From positions 11,818,636-11,882,635 of the forward strand of contig CM082583.2 of the NCBI GenBank assembly GCA_040954595.2: 64,000 nt of DNA, in the 5' to 3' direction. Below the pieces are notes generated by a model. The model searched no databases. It worked only from the letters and a program-made list of their open reading frames with translations, and was not told the DNA's origin. The position numbers were made by a program, and so were the translations under genes. Origin of the DNA: Balanoglossus misakiensis (Eukaryota; Animalia; Hemichordata). Position 1 is the first letter of the stretch, and every line of letters starts with the position of its first letter. This document shows, in pieces, positions 12,401-22,270 of this stretch.

Positions 12401-15400
12401 TTCTGGTAAGTGTATCACGTCTGTGTGTGTGATTAAAGTCAATAGCATCAAGTATATTTACCAAGGATCTCGTTATCTTCCTCTTCAGAACTGTCTCTTG
12501 CCTCGTTTTCGGTTGAGGAAAAGTGAATCTCGTTTTCTGTTGAGGAAAAGTGAACCGAGTTAATTATTTCAAGTTAGCCGTGTCTACATGCGCCCATGTG
12601 GCTGAATTCATGGTTGTGTAGTAATCCTTTGTATAGCTTCGAGTCCGTACCAAGTAAAGAGTGATGTCGTACTTACCGTCAACGTGAATGTCTTTCTCTT
12701 CAGAGCCATCATCTATCTTGTTGTCTTCTTCGGAGTTTTTGTTTTTATCTGCCGAGAAAGCAATTGGAGCAATTAATATAAATTAGTGCATGCTTAGCTG
12801 GCAAATTGAAAACAAGAATGGTGAGAGCGTTGTCGTGTGCCTGGGGGAAACACAGTTTGAAAATGGCAATGTCGCCACACGTGTTTCATGGATGAAATTT
12901 TCCGACTGTAAAGCGCCCTCTCGAGACGCAGCGAGTCCTTACTTCTTTTGAGCGGTGGCAGCGGCTTGTATTTGCAATTCAACAGAATCTTGTCTCCTGG
13001 TTTTCCTCCTGTAGAAAGACACATTCGTTGAAACATTGTCATCTCAAGATTATGGTACTCGGCAGTTTCTTCAAACGTCTTCATATGTAAACAATGTTTG
13101 GCCATTTAGCTAATACAGATTATATTTCTCCTCCACCAGTTTCGTTACTCGCTAATTATCAAATCATAAAAATCACAAATCTAATGCCATCCAATCTCGA
13201 AAGAAGAAAAAACTCACTTCCGCCAAATGAACATCGCTTACAGGTCTTCTTGCATTTGATTGTCATGTACTTGGGATTGTTGTCGCACTCGCCCCACACT
13301 GCCCACTCTTTACATCGTTTTCGGTCGATTTCATCCTCACACACTGGGGGAAAAACACAAATCAGATGGTTAATATTCACATGGTACCTGGTTTGTACGG
13401 AGTCTGAGTCAGCCTCGGTCGAGAGGAAGTTTGTAAGTGTCCGCGTGTCTTCAATCTCACAGTCCAGTTAGCAACGTGGTTGTGTAAAGAATACAACGTG
13501 GTTGTATGACGAAACTGGCATCACAGAGCAGGTACAGAAGTCCGTTGTCCGCAGTCCGTCCTTCCTCACACCAGACAATGCGGTAACTCTTGTGCAGGAC
13601 CAGTCAGTCAGTCAGTCAGTCCCTAGCTCTGCGTGGCAGGGCTGTGTTGTTACGGCAAGCCCCCCAACAACGTAACAACACAGCCCTGCCACGCAGAGCT
13701 AGTCAGTCCCCAGAGTCCCCAGTCGTGGTACAACAGCGAGGTCTCAGTTCAGAGTGACATGCTCCTCTCAAGACAATGAAGTGTTCCACGTGAATGAGCA
13801 TGCCTTTACACCAGTGACCACCTGGCTAAAGAATATTATAATGAGCATATTGAAATGCATGGCCTTTGTCATGTAAAAAGAACTTCTTCTCTCGACCAAG
13901 CTACCAAGCGTATACAGCTAAATAGTGCGTGTCGTAACACCGTGCATTAATTTTTGGTCAACCCCTTGCTCTACTCATCTAACGGTAGTAGAAATGCAAT
14001 AATTAAGTTGGTCACACGAAAGGGTTGAAGGTTAAAGGAAACCAGACGTCTGGGAAAATGTTTTACACCAGTAATGGCCATCTGTTGTTGTGATTTGCCA
14101 GATGGGTTTCTTCACAGAAATCTGACTCCTTCAGTTACTAGCTTTCACTTCAGATGCGATCATCGCTCACAGACTGCGATGCCTATCTCCGATTCAATAA
14201 CATGCAAGCGTGTACGGTTTATGCTGCTGGCTACTTCGTATCTATTTATTTGCATTTCCTTTCGGTGAATTACTTTATATCAATAATCACGGAGAAGTTC
14301 TTTCACTCCATGTGCTCCATGCATTTAATGTCTAGTTCATATGAGGGCAACCCTAGTCTTAAATATGTGGGGACAACGACCTTTCTAGGGCCGTGGATAA
14401 TAAAAATGTCGAACTTCGTACAAAATTCAGTTGAGATTGAATGCGTTACATGGTGTAACTCATGTAGCACTGGAAAATTTATGAAGTCAGTCAATTGGCT
14501 TTTGGACGAAGCTGATAAACATTAATTTATGTTTGTGGTCGGTATTTCCAGACCAGTCGAGCCGCAGGTAAGGTTCGTGTAAAGAAAAACTTCTTCTCTT
14601 GACAATTTAAGCTGAAACCATATCTATCCTATCACAAGATTGTAATACCCAGTACCTATACTGTTATACATACCAGCGCCTCTGCATCTGTCGATAATCT
14701 GATTTCCACACGGGAAAATGTATTTCACGAGGTTGTATAATCTTCGGTCATATTCCTTCAGTTCCGGTCTCGTGTTCACGTGATTATCCAGACCAATATG
14801 CTCCACTGCATTCACGAAGAAATAACTCTGCACGGCTTTCGCAAAATATTCATAGAAATTCACCGAGGCGTACGTGTTATTCCATAGGCCCTCTTCCATG
14901 GCAAGCTCGTAGATTTCCATCAGCACATCCGAGAACTTCTCTTCTATAGGCTCGATCCCAAGGCGATGAATTCCATGAGCAAACTCGTGAACGAGGATAT
15001 CTTCGTCTGGGTAAGGATCCTCCGGGTATTTAAAGCAAAGTGTGTTTTCCTCGCCAACTGTCGAAATAGGCGCGAACATTGTGCCTCCCAATCCTCTTGC
15101 CCGGATGTTATAATAGTCGTCTAACCAGGAGTGTTCAGGTATGTCAGTGGTGTTCTCAGTGGAGGCTATGATTCCCACTCGGCCGTAGGTATTATAGACA
15201 CTGTCTCGAATGTCCTTTCGATCGGCCAGCATGACTTGGGTGACGTAACAGGCGCGTTTAACCGATTCATCCGATACATGTTTCGACGCAATAACCGGAA
15301 TGCCGTATGCATGGGTGTATTTTTCGTAAAAGTCGCTCAATTCCAACGACTGCTTGACGTCATCAGGAACTGGTATTATGGAATCGCACATAACCTGAGG

Positions 15401-17708
15401 TATTGACGCACCTCGACCGGTACGTCTCTTGAAACGGGTTTGACTGCCTGAAAGGAAAGACTGCTTGATGAAGAGAACCATGGCAACTCAGATAATTAGT
15501 AAATCGATTAATCGATGCACCGATAGGTATAAGAAATGTGCGGTTAATAATTACTGGATAGGTCTATCGATCCTTTCGAGATTGAGGGTTTCAAACAAAC
15601 TGTGCCACGAATCTGCCGTGACATATGACATGACAACATTCATTTGAGGAAAACTTGCCGAGGCTCGCCAATTGTCATGTCCTAACTGGAAGCGATGTGT
15701 AACCGCACTCAATCAACATTCCAATTGCATAACCCGGAATCTGTTTAGACGTCATCATCGTATCTGCACGTCAATATTACTCACCTACTGTTGAATCTAA
15801 TTTGTACATGTTGTAGAAGGCACACGGGGGAGTCCGTTCATCTAAAATAAATAATAGAGAAAGTTTGAAAAAGAACCATCAGTGTTTTGCGAATAACATT
15901 CCTGCCATTGCAATGTTTGATCCATACAGTCAAGACTATTTTATGGTCAACATAAAAAAAAACACAAGGATCTCCTGGTTTGCTTAGCAACCTAAAAAGA
16001 CTTACCCAGTATACCATTGCCACCATGATTTCGATTGACCTGTAATAGCAATGATATATTATACATGTTATCATCATCATCATCATCATCACCACCACCA
16101 CCACCACCACCACCACCACCACCACCACCACCACCACCACCACCACCACCACCACCACCACCACCACCACCACCACCACCACCACCACCACCAGTGCATT
16201 GCTAAAATATGACCGTCTAATTCTTGCTTGTAAAATGTGACCCTCCTGATTTAGGATTCTATTGTAAATTTCGATAGATGACATGTATTTGACACCTCGT
16301 GGTCAAATTTCCAATGACTCCCTAACCCTTCCCACGATCACTCCGGCCCACCCATCCCGAATAAATGACAGCTCCCTTACACGTAAAACCAGTTTTCGTG
16401 AAACATATACATGTGCTCATTAACACCATTATTTACTGTCATCTGTTCATCCAATTACGGGATTTCAAGTGGGACCAATACCACGGTTAAAACATACACT
16501 GTATCATTACGAAGCAGAATCCTTGAAGTATCCCATTCAGAGAGACACGCTTGAACAGCTTTGCTTTGAAAAAAAAAGTTCGAAGGGCGCATTTCACCCT
16601 CCGAATGGTGCCTTCAATGTGAATAGCTTCTTTGCGATGTGAATGACAATGTTGTCAGATACGCTGAATGGATTCTGAATTAAGCTTTACGTAATGGCAC
16701 GTCAGTCTGCTGCAGCTATGACATCTTGCCCTATCTGTCATCACACCGACCTCACTTCTCTTCGCATTATAGATCGTGCCAATGTAAAGGTCGGCTTTTG
16801 TGGAGTATTTTCAAGCGTTATATCATTTGTCAGAAAGACTTCCGCGACTTACTGAAAGATCCGTACGTGTAAGCGTTCTCAGGATCAAGTGACGATCACC
16901 GGTCTACTTGTAAATCGTGAATACTTGAAAAGAAATCTGCTGGTAATTCTATCCCTGACTGTACACACCAGCATCATGCAGTTGATGTGTGCTAAAGCGA
17001 AAAAATTGAACATACGTAACCGCGACTTGCTTTACCCCGCAGTGTAAACGTCTGTTTGCATATGACAAAGGTGGAAAATTGCCTTCAGTTGCAAAGAAGG
17101 TTCTTATCACAAGAGATTTTCGCCAAACGAGCCACGCATCGTTAACATATTTACACGACAAATAGGTTGGGCAAACGCACGGGTCCCCTATAATTCATTC
17201 TATGCCCTGTCCTCCCACCCCGCCACTTGTTGGTCAGGGACGTTGGCCTTTAAAGTATTACAGGTAGAGTAAACACAACTTCAGCGCGTTAAATATAGCT
17301 GCTTTCGCCTATTATGAACTCTTGAATAGTCTGGAGTATTATTGTACTGGGGGTCAAAAGTGTATCGGTACCAGTTTGCAGTCTTCAATATTTCGATGAA
17401 TGTGGCAGACGACGTAACGAATGGGTTACTTTTATCAATGGCAGCAAACTTTGATGTTTATTACTCGATTTGCTCAACAAACGGAGATTTGCAATCTTGT
17501 TTAGAAAGAAAATGTTGGCGTATGGTTATGAGATAACTGTTCTGGGTGCCAGAGTGGCTAATGCAGCGGGATTCAACACAGCCTTGATTTGACTTTCCTG
17601 CAGCAACAATGCAAGAATTCATAAAAGACTTACCGGCGATGAATGGCAGGGAAGTGCGGCCCACAGTGACACAGTCACCAGCGCTGCTGCTAAAAGTGGA
17701 GTTATCAT
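9494..17708 (-). CDS. Paralog B: secreted HEXXH zinc metalloprotease + ShK + acidic/Thr-rich linker + 3 ShK domains, ~600-620 aa
   Basis: Exons 17708-17634 (signal peptide MITPLLAAALVTVSLWAALPCHSSP), 16039-16006, 15841-15785, 15447-14674 (RFKRR site; HEFAH...TYASVNFYEYFAK), 13343-13218 (ShK), 13008-12943, 12748-12677, 12536-12462, 12171-12106, 11719-11654, 10931-10824 (Thr-rich), 10653-10534, 10318-10205 (alternative donor 10199) and 9603-9494. The last three are ShK exons ending in TAA. Phases are consistent. The small linker exons are less certain than the rest. Confidence 0.85.
13623..13702. mobile_element. 80-bp perfect hairpin (32-bp inverted repeat, 16-nt loop), probable MITE-like element next to a (CAGT)n tract
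   Basis: CTAGCTCTGCGTGGCAGGGCTGTGTTGTTACG (13623-13654) is the exact reverse complement of 13671-13702. CAGT repeats flank it. Confidence 0.6.
16070..16192. repeat. (CAT)n-(CAC)n trinucleotide microsatellite, intronic
   Basis: About 35 CAC units follow a CAT run. This produces the spurious poly-Val ORF. Confidence 0.97.
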
Positions 17709-18520
17709 GATACCGAGATGTAGCCGGTCCCCCTGGCTGCTACAGAGCTGGTCTTGTCAGCTAATTCTAAGGGAACACAGAAAGAATTGTAGGCGGTGGT
17801 GACTTGATACTGAATCTACTACCGGCGGCACTTGTGTCCAGTACAGTACAAACGCAAGAGATCGTTCAGTCTGCGCTGCTGTCCGCCACCCGCAAAACTT
17901 TAAATGCCAAAAAATGCCGTCTGCAAGAGCTAACATGCTTTAATTATTTGTTTTCATTTAAAAGAAAAACTTCTTTTTGTTTGGGTCCTTCAGGAAGGAA
18001 GGTGACTGACCTCGGACACTGGTATGTATTGACACGTGAAACGGTTCGCAGCCGATGGAGGCTTCGACAGGTGACAAATTATCATTTTATTTTGTAACGT
18101 CTGCACACATGAGGTGGGCCCAACAACAAATGTACTTTCTTTCTTTTTCACAGGCCAAACAGGAGAACATTTCTGTCCGCCTTTAGGGAGAGAGTAATTT
18201 ACCATTGTTTGCTTCAAACCTTTGTTTAAAATCTCCGACATACCACTCTGCATGTGTCACGACAATTCCCACGCAGGAAGAATTTTAGTTCGTACACGAT
18301 TTATATCACAATTAAAATGTCGTTGTGACATTCTTGTTCTACAATAGATATAAATTCTGCATCATATGAGAATATTGGTCCGTGTCTGACACGTGGATGC
18401 AAACTTCCAAGCTGTGTTCCTTGAACCATAAGACCCTCGAGGGTGTGTGCTTGAACCATGTCGTACGTCGGACGACACTAGCGATTTTTTTGCGAGAGAT
18501 ACAAATGTGACAACTCTTAC

Positions 18521-18740
18521 CTACAGCAGAGCAGAGAAGCGCACCCACTCAAGACGACCAAGACGGACGACAGCCGAGAGCAACACTGACAACAAACCGA
18601 ACCACACGCATAGTACGTCACTGGTAAACCCATTAACATTCAGATAAAGGCGCTGTTGCAAACAGAGACCGGAATCATTAGTCGCCTTGGAGACCCCACC
18701 TGACCCTATCGCTTTACAGCTAGCGGATTTCAATACGTTA
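18521..18740 (-). other. Probable non-coding first exon of paralog B (5' boundary unknown)
   Basis: Strong donor TAG|GTAAGA at 18521/18520 in CpG-rich sequence. The ATG-containing exon has an acceptor (cccttag|) at 17766, so an upstream exon is required. Confidence 0.45.
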
Positions 18741-20906
18741 ATCCTAAATTAAACCAATATGCAAGCACTTATACCCTTTTGGAACAATGGATTTATTCGA
18801 CAGTGCTTAATTTTCTGGTGTGTGCCAATTGGCAGGCATGTCGGGGAAAACTTCACAAAACTTTAAACTAGCCATTGATATAGTCGCCCCCATTTCTGAA
18901 GGCTTGTTCTGGACGTCAGTCAGAGAAATTAATGAAGTTCAGAGCTTTTCGTGGAACATTTTACATGAATGATGAAACCAATTGCAAGACTCTATCCGGG
19001 AGTTGGCAACGACAGTGTGACTGAGTCGAGGTGAAAGGTCGAACCAACAGACTCAATAAACTTCAAATGCCCTAGGTATCATGTTTAGCCGACAGACTTA
19101 CACATGCATGGCAAGCAGTGTTGGTTCATAGGGCAGTTCCATGCATATGCACATCCTGCTGATCAGTCACTATCAGTCAGTTAGTCTGTCTGTCTGTCTG
19201 TCTGTCTGTCTGCAGCCGAGAGTCTCTCGATGGAAGAAGCGTGATATACAAGTACATGTAAGTTCTAAGAGAGCGAATATAAACGGTTGAAAATGCAAGA
19301 AAATAGTGTCATGGTCACGGTGGGGTATGTTTGTTTTAGTTGACACGATGGAAATCTCAACTGTGTTGACTTTGCAATACTTCACCGCTTCTAGCTTGAC
19401 TGTACACACAGAAGGTGTTGAATAGAACTCTTATTACACAGTAACTCGGTAGCCCTCCACAGAGACTCGGGTTTCGCATGTCTGGGCAAATGATATACGA
19501 TCTGAAATAGTTGGAATTGAATCTAAAGCCACGGGATTACAAGCAAACGTGAATGGCTCGGGATTAATCCCATTGTCAGGGCTCTTTTCCCTTTTTCTGA
19601 TGATTCCAGATTGTTTGGTAAGATAATGGTTCAAGTCGGACAATAGCCAGGCAATCAAGCATTCTCATGGAGATCACTTTGTTTTGGCTAAACGACCGAT
19701 GAAGTGCATACTCTTCCCATGTGTGTTTTGTCTTGAAAAAAAGATTACTGGATTTTCACGCGCTGACGACAGCTAACATCCCAAGACCAGCAATTTGTAA
19801 CAAAAGCTCTTGGCATAATGAGCATTATTGTCTTAGTAAGCACGATTTTTTATGGGTTCTGGTTATTTTATCACAGAGAGATAAGCACAGTTAATGGGGA
19901 CAGTCAATTTGAAGAGATATCCCATCGTATTAAAGGGGACTGCGATTGCAGAATTTGGTATAGTGACATTGAATTCCACAAATGCGCATAAATATAAATT
20001 GACTGAGAAAGCGATGAATCCGAGAGTACCTAACGTTATTGCGCCCTCTATTGACTGACTGACTCATTTTCTCCGGGGCGTGGTTCTGTAATCAGTATAC
20101 ACATGTACCAGAAATTGTGATTTAGTAAATTGTATAATCACCACTGCCTTCCGTTTCAGACATGTTCGATTAGAATCCGTCTGTAACGAAGATTACTGTG
20201 ACGCTAGACTAATCCTTCAATTTTAGGATACTTGGGGTTGTTAGGGGAAAGGGCAACTTAGACTTTTGCTGATAACAGTACTCGGAATAATCACTAGAAA
20301 AATTAATGGCTTCTGATTTATATTTTTCATAGATAAGAAATCTCTTAAGTGAAACGCCTTCAATTAAAATAATTCTGTTTAATAGCCATATTGGAAGTTC
20401 TCCTTGATGAAACTGGATTCATGTAACCTTATTATCTTTGTGGTATGCTGGTATGCGTGTCGAAGACGACATGCAAAACGTTTGTGGATGATCCAGCCAT
20501 TGTCAGTTAAATACTGGAAAATTCATGTACAATGAAAACTCAGGTACTGTTTTAAAAATATTTGTGTGGACAGAAGGTACAAAGTATACTATTCTTGTGT
20601 AGGTTTCAAATATATACATGTAAAAGTCAGAAGACAATATGAAAGGTAAACCAAGGTTCTAAAATATCAATCATTTTGCACACATTGACCAAAAATCAAG
20701 TAAGTCCTAATAAAATATTTATTATTATTTGCAATATCATGACTAACCTTGTTGGCAGAGCTAACCATTGAGAAGAAGAGTGAAATTTTGCATTGCATGA
20801 TGTAGTGTTCTATGTGAAAATACACATATCACATTTATGAGAATCAATCACACAATAAGTTAAGATACATGATCATGAATAAATGTCTCGTCTGTCTGTA
20901 ATTGTC

Positions 20907-22100
20907 TTACATCCATGGATATCTTTCCAAGTCATAAGGTTTTGCTTCATCAGTGTATTCGTCAATCGGTGTGCTGAATGCAGCATTTTTCCTGAATGGC
21001 GTGTCATGTGTCTTCTGCTGAGATACTCCCTGAAAATCAACACAAAATCACATATTAGGTATGACAGTATACATCAAGGTCATAGAGGTCAGATGTCAAG
21101 GAGTAAACATCAACTTTAAAGTTTACATACCCCCTTGTACATCAAGTTTTCATTCCTAAGTTTATGCAAGTACTTACATGTATTTTATCCTTGTGAGCTG
21201 ACCAGAATGTAATAGGTTGTTCTGTTTCTACATTATGGTCCATTGTTGGTTCTGGTGTGACTGAGACAAATCCTTCCACTGTGAAATCTTTCTGTGTAAC
21301 AGATACAAACTCAGTTGGTTCTGCAGGAGGGTTAAATTCTTCATGGACCTCTTGACTTACTTTCTCATATAACAATCTTTCTAACATTTCTTTCTTTGAA
21401 CCTACAACAAAAATGACAGGCTGTTAGTTAAATTTGTATTAGTGTGTTAATTAAAAGCAACAGCTCACATGTGTAGCCATAAGTGCAGCAGAGCTAAACA
21501 CAAACATTGCAATCTCTGTCCTACCAGGTACATGTACTCATTACTCCTGCATGGGGAGAAGCAACAAGACGTAAAGTGCCTTGCTCGAAACCATGATCTC
21601 AGAGCATGAGTCCACTGCTCTAGCCACTGGACTATGATGATATGAATACCAACAATGCATGATTCTAGAAACTTACCAACAGTTCGAACACCCGAGTATT
21701 GTGGCTTGCGATAAGAATCCATATGCGTAGATAGGTTTTCAGGCTGTGCCTCTAAATTTGTTGTGAGAATTCCTTTATGACCTTCAACCCCAAGTTTATT
21801 GATGTTCTTCTGGTCGGTATCTGTCTCATCAAGACCGAGCTGCTGACAATTTCTCTGTAGTGGATAAAAACATTATCTGTTAAAACATTAAGAAATATTA
21901 TCTTGCAATTTGGAATAAACAGCTTGGTACATGGAGTACGGATGTCCATAGCATGCATAGGGCCATTGACGATCAATGGCTACCAGAACTTGTAGAACAA
22001 CACTCTGACTGATTGAAGCGCTTACCTCTTCCACCCAGTTTTCCAGCAAACATTTTCCATCTGAGTTGTTAATAGTCCTTGTTGCGTTTAACGTTGTCAT
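20907..22100 (-). CDS. SPAG8: Sperm-associated antigen 8 homolog (ciliary microtubule protein), ~199 aa
   Basis: Exons 22100-22026, 21854-21677, 21401-21178 and 21029-20907 total 600 nt. Motifs GKCLLENWVEER, GHKGILT, DSYRKP, EQPITFW and GVS...DTPFRKNAAFSTP match the conserved C-terminal half of SPAG8 as I recall it. Confidence 0.85.
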
Positions 22101-22139
22101 ATTTACAATATTATACGATTAAAGGTCCTTGTCGCTACA

Positions 22140-22270
22140 CGTCAACACTGAAAACTTCGCAAGCAGAACTGTGTCAGTGACGGCGATTCGATTTGTTTTG
22201 GTTGCTATGTTTCACGTTGACCCCACGCGTTGACCCCAGTTACCGGAAATGAGCGCCCTCTTGAGGTAAC
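22140..22270. promoter_or_regulatory. Small CpG-rich, probably bidirectional promoter between SPAG8 and a plus-strand transcript
   Basis: CpG-rich patch ~100 bp upstream of the SPAG8 ATG. It contains an RFX-like half site GTTGCTATG (22201), an ETS-like CCGGAAAT (~22243), and a plus-strand donor GAG|GTAACT at 22265/22266. Confidence 0.45.

Noticed and set aside
6522-15481. Bacterial contamination as the source of the protease ORFs
   Set aside because: Both domains are bounded by canonical, phase-matched splice sites that link them to signal-peptide and ShK exons.
15838-16284. Poly-Val ORF
   Set aside because: It is a translation of the (CAC)n microsatellite. The real exon here is 16039-16006 in another frame.
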